Notes under the pieces: model-generated | Told to the model about the DNA's origin: nothing | The model's database searches: none | Seen by the model: the letters and a program-made list of their open reading frames with translations, nothing else | NCBI GenBank assembly: GCA_964016885.1 | Contig: OZ024745.1 | Span: 83,886,001 to 83,950,000 of the forward strand | Length of the DNA stretch: 64,000 nt | Direction: 5' to 3' | From: Eledone cirrhosa | Lineage: Eukaryota | In this document: piece by piece, positions 12,001 to 22,481 of the stretch | How positions within the stretch are numbered: the first letter of the stretch is position 1 | How the letters are laid out: each line of letters opens with the position of its first letter | Program-made: the position numbers and the translations under genes

Positions 12001-12954
12001 CTCCTCAGTGGCCGTATCTCTGTTCCAGGTATTATTTATCTCAGTATTCAGATCATTGTCTGCTTCGGGTTGTTCCTCCGTTCTCAGGACCTCTTCACCT
12101 TCATTTCCCACTGGCTCGCTTGTCTGGCATACTACACCCGCCATCTCCAAGCCATTCTCTCTGCTCAGTTCCTCCAGTTCCAGCTCGCTTATCCACCCAT
12201 TAGTTCTTATTACCCGAGCCTGCCCGGCCAATTTTTGTTCATCTAATTTAAATAGACCAATCTCGTTCCAGATGTTATGCATCCGTCTCCTTTAGCCCCT
12301 CTCCTTGGGGTTACTTTTCAGGTAACATTGCATAACAGTTCTATTCAATTCTTTCGTCCAGTTGGTTCTGGCCCCTTTCCTTCTTCTCCTTCCTCCAACA
12401 TCAGCAGTATTTGGTTGACAGTCAGGTTCCTGCTGCTGAGCCAGGGAGCACCTGTTGGGTGAGAGTCTGTCACATGACGTTCTAGTCTCCATTTCACCGT
12501 TATTCGAACTGTTTATGTTCGATATTTAAACACTCTTATCGAGGATTGGCGAATGTATGGTTACATAGCCATCTGTGGATTCGCCGTTCCACTTGGCCCT
12601 TGTGTGGCATTATCACCACGCTGTATACGAACACACATAAACAAACAAACACACAGGCAGAAAGGGCCCCAAAAATGAATAAGCATAAGTTTCATTGTAA
12701 TGTAGTGTTCGAATGTCTGACTTAGTTTTTGTTTTTTTAGTTTTAGTTTTTCCCCCCTCTTCTCTGTCCGTCCGCCTGCTTCTCTCTTCATTCTTATTTT
12801 CTTTACGTTTTTTGTTTTTGTTTTTCTCTGTTTGTTTTTCTCGTTTTTTGCTGTTGTTGCTGTGCTGCTTTGGTTTTGTTGTTTGTTTTTTCTTTTTTCT
12901 TTTGAGTCTATCTATATATTTATTTTGATGCCTTCCACTTTTTTAGTAGTAGGA

Positions 12955-12957
<3 letters not shown>
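9018..12957 (-). mobile_element. R4/Dong-clade element copy 3, ~600 bp shorter at the 5' end
   Basis: Colinear with copy 2; similarity stops at gtagtaggaatt, which merges into the (ATT)n tract. Confidence 0.92.
9092..12492 (-). pseudogene. Dong ORF copy 3 with nonsense codon, in-frame repeat scar and the copy-2 frameshift
   Basis: TAC>TAA at 12292-12294 splits ORFs 12292-12492 and 9286-12282; ECKKCKKCKECKEAKI replacement; frameshift near 9293. Confidence 0.88.

Positions 12958-12993
<36 letters not shown>
12955..12993. repeat. (ATT)n microsatellite between Dong copy 3 and the Tx1-like element
   Basis: Directly visible. Confidence 0.98.
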
Positions 12994-13207
12994 GAATGCC
13001 ATGGTTGACGGAGGCTCGGCTCTGTAAGGTATAGTAATTTTTAACCGTTAAAACAATTGTAAATTGTTTAAAACTTGAACCAAATTGTTGATAAAGACAC
13101 CCTCCTCCTCGTGAGAGGGGTCTTTCTGTCCGTTATTTGGCCCTTCGGGGTTAAATAACCAGTTATTGGGGTTTTGTACCCAAAATTTCATTTTAAACAA
13201 AAAAAAC

Positions 13208-15304
13208 ATGGCTACGAAAAAGAAATTTCATACGTCACTCCCACTCATTCCGTCTTCTTCTTCCTCAATCATCACTACAGCAGAGAGAAGATTGTCTCTC
13301 TCCCTCCCTTCTTTAAATGTGTCTCTCTCCCTCCCTTCTCTTTCGCAAGCGACGAAAGAAAAGAAAAGTCTCGTGCAAAGCGTGCAAGGTTTCTCCACGA
13401 CGACGACGACAGCGACGAAACAGGTGTGCGGGAAATACGAAAACCCAGTTCATTCGTCTGACGTCAGGAATAATAGCAGTAGCAGCCGTAATAACAACAG
13501 CAACAGTGACAATGAAAACAACAGTAGCAGCCGCAACAGCATCACCAGCAGCATAAACAACAACAGCATTAGCAGCAGCAACACCAACAACAACCACAGC
13601 AACAGCGGCGGAGGCAGTAGTCGTAGTACCTGCTGCAACAACAAAAGTACCAGCAGCTCTGACGACAACAACAACAGCAGAGAAAAACCAATCTCATTTG
13701 CAGGTATTGCGAAAAACTTGGAAACAATCCTCATAACAAATGAGGAATTAGAGGAAGCGAAGAAGATGGTGACAAAGAACGGACACCGAGCAATCTGCAA
13801 GGCAGCGAAAAACTTTTTCGAAACCCAAGAGCACTGTACGGTCACGTACCGTACAGTAAGTACAAAATCCCGTAGGGTGGAAAGAGCCACAGAGGCCCAA
13901 ATACAAAAAGCCTTGGGGTCTGTGTGGCAGAGGAAAACGCACATCACCCGAGGCAAAAAATACGCGACCGTAGACGTACTTTTTGCCACACCCCAGGAGG
14001 CAAAGGCCCAATCAGTAGTGACCCTAAGGAGCGAGGAAATGGTGTTGGTGCCCTCCTACTGCGGGCAAAAAATTGTGAGGGTCAAACTGACCCACGTCCC
14101 CCCCGGAATGACCCCTTCTTGGCTGGCCGCGTCTGTCCTCGTCGGAATCGAGGACAAAACAACTGTACTGCAAGTACAGAAAAAAGTAAGAGAAGATTGG
14201 GTCGGCTCCTCCATTGAGATGCTAATCCAAACCAACCAGGAGTGCATCGAAGCTATCCCGGATGTGATAGACTTCGATAACGGCACTCAACTGCCCATAA
14301 GTGTTGAGGGCAAACGCCCGAAATGCTTTCGCTGTGGATCGAAGACTCACCTCAGGGCCTTCTGCAACGAGAAGACCCTGAGAAAGGAGAAAACCCCCCT
14401 CCTTCCGAATCCGGCTCCACGGCTACCAGCAACAGGACAAGCGGCAACCAGGAACGATAGGTCCGTGGCACCCATACCCACTCCACGGAAATCAAAGACA
14501 GCAGCAGCAGTGGAAATATTAACAACAACAACAGCAATACCAAATGCAGCTGCAACAGAGACTCCAGTGCAAACATCACCAACAACAACAAGTGAAAGAG
14601 TGGAGCTGGTACCCCTCCCCGACCTTACAGAATCAGACATGGAGTGTGAGGTGGGAGAGGGATGGCAAAAGGTCGCAAGAAGGCACAAACGCAGAAGCAG
14701 CGCATCGTCGCCTTTGAAAAGGGAGGAAAGAAATGAGAAAAGGGTAAAGTCTACTGCAAAGAGACCCACAGCAGCAACACCACCAACACCATCACCACCC
14801 ACACCAGCACCACCATCACCACCGGCGACAACCCCACCGCCAACAACACCTTCAACACCACCACCACAAGCACCAACATCGCAAACACAACAACAAAACA
14901 CACACACCCAGCAACAACGACAAGAAAATAGCAGAACCACACCCCAACCCCAGAAAAACAAATGCACGGCAATAAACACACACAACAAGAAACTAATGAC
15001 TTACATAATTGAACACACAGACATTTCACAACAGGACTACATAATACCAGCACCAATCAAAACGCCAACTAACATAAGACTGCTAAAAATAGCACAGAAA
15101 CAATACACAAACATTAAAACGAAATTCCCCAACGCAGTTGGTGATTTCAGGGACCTAGGAGGAACCATTAATCGAAGAGTATATTCAGACATTCTCTTAG
15201 AAGAGCCGACGACCAGCCGAAGGGACGATTCAACGGTCCCTTCACCAGACGATCAAGTGAAAAGGGATGTAAAAACCATCCCTCCCCTACCAAAAGTACG
15301 GTAA
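13208..15304 (+). CDS. LINE ORF1 nucleic-acid-binding protein with one CCHC knuckle and low-complexity S/N and P/T tracts
   Basis: CFRCGSKTHLRAFC knuckle and GWQKVARR motif; first ATG at 13208 (the ORF track starts at TTG 13166). Confidence 0.85.
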   Translation: MATKKKFHTSLPLIPSSSSSIITTAERRLSLSLPSLNVSLSLPSLSQATKEKKSLVQSVQGFSTTTTTATKQVCGKYENPVHSSDVRNNSSSSRNNNSNSDNENNSSSRNSITSSINNNSISSSNTNNNHSNSGGGSSRSTCCNNKSTSSSDDNNNSREKPISFAGIAKNLETILITNEELEEAKKMVTKNGHRAICKAAKNFFETQEHCTVTYRTVSTKSRRVERATEAQIQKALGSVWQRKTHITRGKKYATVDVLFATPQEAKAQSVVTLRSEEMVLVPSYCGQKIVRVKLTHVPPGMTPSWLAASVLVGIEDKTTVLQVQKKVREDWVGSSIEMLIQTNQECIEAIPDVIDFDNGTQLPISVEGKRPKCFRCGSKTHLRAFCNEKTLRKEKTPLLPNPAPRLPATGQAATRNDRSVAPIPTPRKSKTAAAVEILTTTTAIPNAAATETPVQTSPTTTSERVELVPLPDLTESDMECEVGEGWQKVARRHKRRSSASSPLKREERNEKRVKSTAKRPTAATPPTPSPPTPAPPSPPATTPPPTTPSTPPPQAPTSQTQQQNTHTQQQRQENSRTTPQPQKNKCTAINTHNKKLMTYIIEHTDISQQDYIIPAPIKTPTNIRLLKIAQKQYTNIKTKFPNAVGDFRDLGGTINRRVYSDILLEEPTTSRRDDSTVPSPDDQVKRDVKTIPPLPKVR

Positions 15305-15339
15305 GTGGTCTTTCCCATCTTTTCCACTCTATTTTAAAC

Positions 15340-18300
15340 ATGACCTCACTCAGAATAGGCAGCATAAATGCGCGTGGCTTGGGGTCGTCATGGAAGCAGG
15401 GTCACCTGCTCAACGACCTCAGGTCACTAAACATAGATGTAGTGGCCATCAGCGAGACCAGAATCTCCGAAGCACGGGCCTTCGCACCGATCTTCGGCGG
15501 CTACGATGTGTACGCATCTCCCAGCCGTCCTGGATCGGGTGGAGGAGTTGCTGTGCTTTTTCGGAGAGGTTTGGATCTCGCCATACGGGCCATCTTCCTG
15601 GACCCAGAGGGTAAGCTGGTGGTGCTGGACGTGACCAGCGGAGACGGGCAAGCTTTCAGGCTAGTGGCCGTCTATGCCCCGACAGGAGCAGGGCGGCCTG
15701 ATTTCTTCCGGCGTCTGGAGACCTTTCTTGGAACGTCCCGCTCTTTAGTGTTAGTGGGCGACTGGAACGGGATCTTAGATGCACGCTGGGACTGTGTGGG
15801 ATTAGCGGATAGGGGTGGAGGGTGCAAGAGCCTCACCAACCTGCTCAGGCGTTTTGAACTGTCTGACAGGTACCGATTGGATTTCCCGAATGTGCCAATG
15901 TGGACTTGGACAAACCGCATAGGGTCATCCAGATCATATCTAGATAGAGTATTTTGTAGGGAAATAGATAGGTCTAGCATAGGCTGTCCACAATTCAAGA
16001 TAGTCAGCTACACGGACCACAAATTCGTGACCTGTGTGCTTGACTTAGATAGGCTTCATAGACGAGGACCCGGCTACTGGAAGCTAAACGCGTCCTTACC
16101 AGCGCGCAAGGCCTACAGAGACCGGATTAGCGAACTAGTTAAGCGGGCGTTGACGGGGGCCATCGTCAACAACAAGTGGTGGTTTGCTCTGAAAAGAGCG
16201 ATTAGAATAGAATCGATTAGGTTTAGTAAGGCTTTAGCAATAGAGAAAAATAGAGCAGAGGGAGAACTAGTTAGAAAATTAGACGAGGCGCTTAGCAAAG
16301 GCATTGCGACCGACGTGCTTGCGGCGAAATTGGCCCTTGACCAATTCTTCAATGCAAAGCACGAAGGCTGCGTTGTCAGAGCTAGGGTGCGTGCTCTCAG
16401 ACACGAGGGGACGAAAGCCGTTCAATGGGCCCGAGTGGCGGAGGCGCGTCGTGGCAACAAAGCCACGATCCGGTCTTTGGTGGACCACGACGGGCGCATG
16501 CTACTCGATCCCGGGCAAATGTGTGAAGCTTTTCAGCGACACTTCGCTCAGCTGTTCGGGGGCAGCGGGGGGCCGGGTAGAGGGATGGACTTTAGTGTCT
16601 ACCTCGACGGACTGCCGCGGCTCTCGGCCACTGAGGCGAAGTGTTGCGAAAAGCCGATAACAGCCGCTGAAGTACGGGAGGCAATGACTGGCTGCACAAG
16701 GGGTAAATCGCCTGGTTTGGATGGTCTGCCCTATGAACTTTACGTACAGATGCCAGACTTGTTCGGAGGCCTCTTGGCGGACGTCTACTGCAACTGGCAA
16801 CAGAACGGGAGAATTCCCAGTTCTGTGAGCCGAGGAGCGGTGGCACTGCTGAGAAAGGATCCGAACAAGGGGGATAACATAGACAATTTCCGGCCCATAA
16901 CTCTGCTAAACACAGAGTTTAAGATTTTGGCCAAGGTGCTAGCAAAGAGGTTGGCGCTTGTCGTTGGTGGTCTGGTGGGAGAGGCGCAGACATGCGCCAT
17001 TCCCGACAGATCCATCCACGACAACCTCCACCTCATGCGATACATCGTAGAGAGGGTAGCTAGGGAACCTGGCACGGGTGGGTCCTTGATCAATTTAGAT
17101 CAGTCGAAAGCTTTCGATAGGGTCGACCATCGTTACCTAGCGGCAGTCCTGAGGGCGGCTGGCTTTGGGCCCGTCTTCAGAGGCTGGATCGCTGCCATGC
17201 ACAGCGACATCTGCTCTGTGGTGAGAGTGAACGGTCACCTGTCGGAACCGTTCAACATCATGCGCTCGGTCCGCCAAGGATGTCCCCTCTCGTCCCTCTT
17301 GTACGTATTGACTCTCGAGCCATTACTGCACAAACTGGAGACGTTGAGGGGAGTCCCGCGCGAACTAGGATGCGGAAGATCCGTGTCAGCATATGCGGAC
17401 GATGTCACCGTAGTGGTGTCGAACGCCAAACACATCGAGGCGATCGGCACTACACTAAGAGAATACGAAGCGGTGACAGGAGCAATGATCAACCAGGAAA
17501 AGTCAGTGGGCCTGCAGCTCGGCACCTGGAGAGGCAGGTCCATGCCGTCCAACAGCGTCGTCGGGCGCTGGACGGACGGACCGGTTAAATTGCTAGGGGT
17601 CTGGTTCGGTCCGGACCTCCAGACGGACAAAAACTGGGACGAGGTGACGAGCAGGGTGGCTTCTCTCACCCAGAAATGGGCGGAGAGGAAGCTATCCCTG
17701 AAAGGTCGAGCGGAGGTGGCTAACGCGTACATCGCGTCTGTCATCTGCTACCGCCTAACCGTCGTACCTTGTCCTAAGCCTCGCCTGACTGCGCTGGAGC
17801 GTTTGCTCTTTCGCTTTTTGTGGAAGGGACGTGCTCCGATGGTCAGGCGGTGCATCTGTTGTCAACACCCGCTACGTGGAGGGCTGGGCATGCCGTGGCT
17901 GATGATGCGCAGGCACGCGCTCAGGCTACGACATCTCCACCTCTTCCTCGACGGTGATCAGGTGTGGTCGCCGTTTGCTAGACGCGTTTTTCCCCAGCTC
18001 GTTTCCTTGACGGAGCTGCAGTCCTGGGTCAAGCGAAGACCGAGAGGGAGCGCCTGGAGACTGGAATGTCTTCAGGCGCTCACAGCCCTCGACCAATCGG
18101 GCAATGTGATCGGTGGAAACTCCACCTCGGCGTTCTATAGAGGATTAGTGGAGGGGAAGAGCGACGACGTACTTGGGGAAACTCTAGGCGTCGACGAAAA
18201 TCAACTAGCCAATCTCTTCGGGAGAACTTTCGGGCCAGGGCCTATGGACAACTTCCAGAAATCTCTGGCCTGGCAGTGCTACCGAGGAGCCTTGCCAGTT

Positions 18301-18759
18301 CGGGATAAACTCTACAGGCATGGAGGTGCCGTCAGCCGGGCATGTCCGAGATGCGCGCAGGGCGACGAAACCGTCCTGCACGCACTCGTCCAGTGTCCGA
18401 AAATTGCTGACTTGTGGGTTTATGTCGAACACCTGCTGTCGCGTTTAGGACGGATCCAGCTATCATCTGGGTCTATCGTGAGGATTGCCCCGCCCTCCTC
18501 CTTTAGCCGGGAAGGGCAGGCAGTTTTTATCTGTCTGGTGGCCATGGCGAAAGAGATAGTATGGTGGACACGTTTGAAAGGGCTGAAGACGAGCACTTAC
18601 CTCTTCGGTGATGCTCTGATTGACTTTTTCAAATTTCATTTGAAAAGGAAAATCAGAGTAGAGAAGGAAGTGCTCTCTTCCCAGCATTTTGTTGAAAGAT
18701 GGGTGAGAGAAGCAAGAATGGCCCGAGTGAATGGGCCGACTCTGAGTATATATCTGTAA
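15340..18759 (+). CDS. LINE ORF2: APE endonuclease, RT, C-terminal zinc finger
   Basis: SINARGL, ISET, VYAP, GDWN, YLDR, TDH (APE); KSPGLDG, FRPITLLN, DQSKAFDRV, RQGCPLS, YADD (RT); CPRC...ETVLHALVQC; 1139 aa uninterrupted. Confidence 0.95.
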   Translation: MTSLRIGSINARGLGSSWKQGHLLNDLRSLNIDVVAISETRISEARAFAPIFGGYDVYASPSRPGSGGGVAVLFRRGLDLAIRAIFLDPEGKLVVLDVTSGDGQAFRLVAVYAPTGAGRPDFFRRLETFLGTSRSLVLVGDWNGILDARWDCVGLADRGGGCKSLTNLLRRFELSDRYRLDFPNVPMWTWTNRIGSSRSYLDRVFCREIDRSSIGCPQFKIVSYTDHKFVTCVLDLDRLHRRGPGYWKLNASLPARKAYRDRISELVKRALTGAIVNNKWWFALKRAIRIESIRFSKALAIEKNRAEGELVRKLDEALSKGIATDVLAAKLALDQFFNAKHEGCVVRARVRALRHEGTKAVQWARVAEARRGNKATIRSLVDHDGRMLLDPGQMCEAFQRHFAQLFGGSGGPGRGMDFSVYLDGLPRLSATEAKCCEKPITAAEVREAMTGCTRGKSPGLDGLPYELYVQMPDLFGGLLADVYCNWQQNGRIPSSVSRGAVALLRKDPNKGDNIDNFRPITLLNTEFKILAKVLAKRLALVVGGLVGEAQTCAIPDRSIHDNLHLMRYIVERVAREPGTGGSLINLDQSKAFDRVDHRYLAAVLRAAGFGPVFRGWIAAMHSDICSVVRVNGHLSEPFNIMRSVRQGCPLSSLLYVLTLEPLLHKLETLRGVPRELGCGRSVSAYADDVTVVVSNAKHIEAIGTTLREYEAVTGAMINQEKSVGLQLGTWRGRSMPSNSVVGRWTDGPVKLLGVWFGPDLQTDKNWDEVTSRVASLTQKWAERKLSLKGRAEVANAYIASVICYRLTVVPCPKPRLTALERLLFRFLWKGRAPMVRRCICCQHPLRGGLGMPWLMMRRHALRLRHLHLFLDGDQVWSPFARRVFPQLVSLTELQSWVKRRPRGSAWRLECLQALTALDQSGNVIGGNSTSAFYRGLVEGKSDDVLGETLGVDENQLANLFGRTFGPGPMDNFQKSLAWQCYRGALPVRDKLYRHGGAVSRACPRCAQGDETVLHALVQCPKIADLWVYVEHLLSRLGRIQLSSGSIVRIAPPSSFSREGQAVFICLVAMAKEIVWWTRLKGLKTSTYLFGDALIDFFKFHLKRKIRVEKEVLSSQHFVERWVREARMARVNGPTLSIYL

Positions 18760-19009
18760 ACTAAAGGTGGAAAACTGGGAGAGGGCACTTGCCTTGGTGG
18801 TCAGGGTCATTGTGGCTTTTTACTGGGCTTTCTCCACAAATGTCCCTCCGAAGTCTGCCCCCTATTGGGGAATTTTTCATTGTTATTTTTTGTTACATCC
18901 TCTGTTTTTGTTTTTTACACGCAGAAATGCCCATTTGTACCGTCCTGCATTGTCCTGCACTGTCCTTAATGTCTACTTTATGTAAACCCTTGTGGTTAAT
19001 AAAGAAATC

Positions 19010-19022
19010 ATTATTATTATTA

Positions 19023-19072
<50 letters not shown>
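19010..19072. repeat. (TTA)n microsatellite
   Basis: Directly visible. Confidence 0.98.
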
Positions 19073-19073
<1 letters not shown>

Positions 19074-19419
19074 TTTGAGTCTCAGTCATTGATGATATTT
19101 AACTGGAAAGTTTGTTGAAATGAATATCAAGCCACTACCTGCAGCCTCAGATATTCAGGACGTATCGGAGGGTTCTTGCTGTTCCCAGCAAGCATACCTT
19201 TTGAAGTGTTCCAAAAAGCGGGGCTGGACTAATTTTCTTTAACCATCCTTGGAAACTCTTTGAGATATTACCTAGTGCGTCTATGACAATCGGGACCACT
19301 TTGACTTCATGGCAGTTCCAAATCCTTTTTACCTCCCACTTTAAGTCCTGGTATCGGTTAATTTTCTCCCTCTCCTTCTCTTGCACTCTCGTGTCGAATG
19401 GGCAGGCTACATCTACAAT
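19073..19419 (-). mobile_element. Heavily 5'-truncated Dong copy (endonuclease tail and 3' UTR)
   Basis: QEKEREKINRYQDLKWEVKRIW...LRYVLNI; same 3' UTR as copies 2 and 3 but more diverged. Confidence 0.9.
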
Positions 19420-19439
19420 TTTATTATTATTATTATTAT

Positions 19440-19503
<64 letters not shown>
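19420..19503. repeat. Compound (TTA)n-(TAG)n microsatellite
   Basis: Directly visible. Confidence 0.97.
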
Positions 19504-19504
<1 letters not shown>

Positions 19505-19639
19505 TATGTATATGTATGCTGTATATATTTGTTAAGTCCTTGTGGTTTTTGTTATGTATCTGTTTATGTGGGTTTTTTTTTATCATTACCAAAGCACCTA
19601 TTATTATAGCAACTATTTTTATCATCCACATTCGAGTTA

Positions 19640-20726
19640 TTTATATCCCTAGATCTATATATTTGGATAGTTTCTCCATTTCCTAGATATATTGTCGTCT
19701 GTGGGAATTGATCTATCAATTAGAAGACATTTTTTTCTTTGTTGTCTGACTATAATACCTGGTTGGTTGGCTTGATCTCCCTGTCTGTGTGTCTTGGCAT
19801 ATCCTAGAGAATGTTTAGTTTGCCATTCTCTGACACATTTCCTGGTGTGTAACTGTACCATTTCTTTTCCTTCTGGTATTTCATAGTGTTCGCATAATGT
19901 CCAGTGTATTTAAATCCAAACTCATTGTCTGTCCTTTTTCGCAAAAGCTGTGTAACCAGAGATAAAGTAGTTAACTATTCCCCACCGCCACATAGTTTGC
20001 AGTTACAGTGTTCTGCTTCATTATGCATTTCTGATGGTTTCTGGTAGGCAAGCTTTGATTTTGTGCTGCAATTAGAAATCCTTCCATCTCGCCTTTTAGT
20101 CAAGTGCTTCGTAGCCAGTTTTGTGTTTTGCTTATCTACTTCCTCTCTATTCAGCTTTTCGGATATTTGCCATGTACGGGTTTTTCTTGCCATCATTTTA
20201 ATATGGCTTGTTTTCTATTTTGCTCTTTTCACAATTTCTTTTGTTGTTTTGTCTTTGTGTTCATTTTCCCCACAGTTATCTGTTAATTCATTGGCTTCTT
20301 GAAGACAAACAACATTTGTTTCCTTTTATTCGTGTTTTGTGGCTTTTTCTATTAACTTGCCTTTGTTCTTAATTAGATATTTTTGTAGTCACACAGTAGC
20401 TATTTTATAATAGCTTTTTAGTTGTATACGGCCCCTTTTTCGTTGTATTCTACATTTGATTTTGGATAGTGTATTCTAAATGCAATCATTATTTTTCTTG
20501 TTTTTTTTCTGTCTATTACAGCTAGTCCTTTTTTAAGTAATAATCTAATACATTTATAGTATTTTTTTCTTATCTGTTCTTTCATTTGTGTGTCTTGAAC
20601 CCTGTCTAATTCGTTGATTTCTAAGTATTTATTTGTCTGCGTTTGATCTAATTCTCTTATTTCAGTTTCTTTATCTAGCATGATAATAGTGTTTCTCACT
20701 AATTTTCCTCGCATAAGAGTTGCCAA
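19640..20726 (-). pseudogene. Old degenerate R4/Dong-like remnant of a different family
   Basis: Fragments RGKL..EIRELD..KYL, DRKKTRKIM, CKLCGGGE, NQPGIIV..KKCLLID parallel the Dong RT-thumb, CCHC and endonuclease order. Confidence 0.7.
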
Positions 20727-20746
20727 GGCAACTCTTATGCGAGGAA
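20705..20746. repeat. Perfect 20-bp inverted repeat with 2-nt loop
   Basis: ttcctcgcataagagttgcc-aa-ggcaactcttatgcgaggaa. Confidence 0.95.
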
Positions 20747-20857
20747 GTATACAGCGAAACTAGTGTTTATGTTTAATATACATGAACGTTTCTGTACGAG
20801 TTCATATACGCTTTCGAGTCACGCTATGTAGAACTGCGTTATCTCCCATTCCACTTT

Positions 20858-20935
20858 ATATTTCATATTTTATGGTATCTATATAAATAAGTACTTTAGT
20901 ACTTATTTATATAGATACCATAAAATATGAAATAT
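20858..20935. repeat. Perfect 38-bp inverted repeat with 2-nt loop
   Basis: atatttcatattttatggtatctatataaataagtact-tt-reverse complement. Confidence 0.95.
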
Positions 20936-21059
20936 GAAAGAACTGAGATAGATATTATCGATGAAAACCTTTCAAGGTTATATCCTAGTATGGCTGCAGT
21001 ACAAAGACTGGAATTAGTAAAATACAAAAAGCGGCTATGTATATATACATATTGATGTC

Positions 21060-21176
21060 TGCTGTTATCGACTTTGCCTTACAACTTTCGATAAAGTACC
21101 AATAATATATTGAGGACAATTTAATCGAATTTCCTCTCCCACCAAAATCACTGCCCTTTTGCCTATATTAGAAACT
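21060..21176 (-). mobile_element. Degenerate SINE fragment (same family as 25.9 and 45.4 kb)
   Basis: Reverse strand reads gtttctaatataggcaaaagggcag...ggtactttatcga...aggcaaagtcga. Confidence 0.55.
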
Positions 21177-21454
21177 ATTGTCATCACCATTTACATTATC
21201 ACTGTAGCCGACCCATCAACAAATCATCTGTTTGCCTATTCTCTATCTCCCACTGTTAACTATAACTCGCTTCTATTTGTATTAATACCTTATATCGCTA
21301 GACAATAACATTCCTTCTCTCTCCTATGGTTTCGTCAACTTCACCGCCATTTTCTTGTTTCAGCTGTTATCTACATAACCTCCTACTAATATCACTTTGT
21401 CCTCCATCACATTCATACCCATATACCTATATTCACCTCATTCGTCATCAATTG

Positions 21455-21456
<2 letters not shown>

Positions 21457-21521
<65 letters not shown>
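21457..21521. repeat. (CT)n microsatellite
   Basis: Directly visible. Confidence 0.98.
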
Positions 21522-21522
<1 letters not shown>

Positions 21523-22246
21523 GTGCCCATGCCACGATTAAATAGACCATTATATTGTGCAAAATGTTTAGCTTTGAAAGGCCTTCTAAGGACAAATTAC
21601 GCCCAGAGGGATAAAGGTGTCTTTCCAGTCACGCCAGGAACAAGACAAATTCTCTAATGCTGGGGCCAAAATAAAATTACTCACTAGCCTCTATAAATTA
21701 GCGACAGGAAGGGCATCTAATTGAGAAAGTGATGCCAAAATTAAAACACATTTGAAGAAGACATGGGGCTCATCTAGTCCAGCCCATGGCAAATAGAATG
21801 AAGAATGATGATATATATAAAAACAAAAGAAAGTGGGGGAGGAAAATAAAATAAACAAAATTCATCTATTAATGCTGGTATTCCGATGATTTGATCAGCT
21901 ACACACTGTATTTAAGGTCGAGTGACGCAACTTCGTGTAATTAGCGGCCTTTAAACTCTCCTGATCAATGAAACAATTGTTAATACTGTAAATAAAACCA
22001 TTTTTGTACAGCCGACCATGTTATTCTTCACTCTTTCACTACTATTACTCCAAGAATAACCTACATAGGAATTCTCGCAAACTCTCTGCCTAACTAAGGA
22101 AACCTCTTGTTGAGTCAAACAACGCCGCACGTTAAAACTATCCATAGTACAGAGTACTCACAACCTCTAACTGGATTACCTAAAACGATAACTTAGTTAA
22201 GCACTAAATCTCGCCTTTCTTTTCATTATTCAACCTATATATATTG

Positions 22247-22389
<143 letters not shown>

Positions 22390-22415
22390 GTGTGTGTGTG
22401 TGTGTATATATATAT

Positions 22416-22478
<63 letters not shown>

Positions 22479-22481
<3 letters not shown>

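Larger units (their letters stand above)
12994..19009 (+). mobile_element. Full-length Tx1/L1-clade LINE inserted in (TTA)n
   Basis: 5' UTR, two long ORFs separated by 35 bp, 3' UTR with AATAAA (18998-19003), and (TTA)n on both flanks. Confidence 0.92.

Noticed and set aside
15-12928. Many plus-strand ORFs over the Dong copies
   Set aside because: Antisense shadows of the RT ORF, repeated only because the element is repeated.
1-19503. CRISPR-like or telomeric retrotransposon array
   Set aside because: Units are kilobase retroelements separated by TTA, not short repeats with spacers. There is no TTAGGG-type repeat or evidence of a chromosome end.
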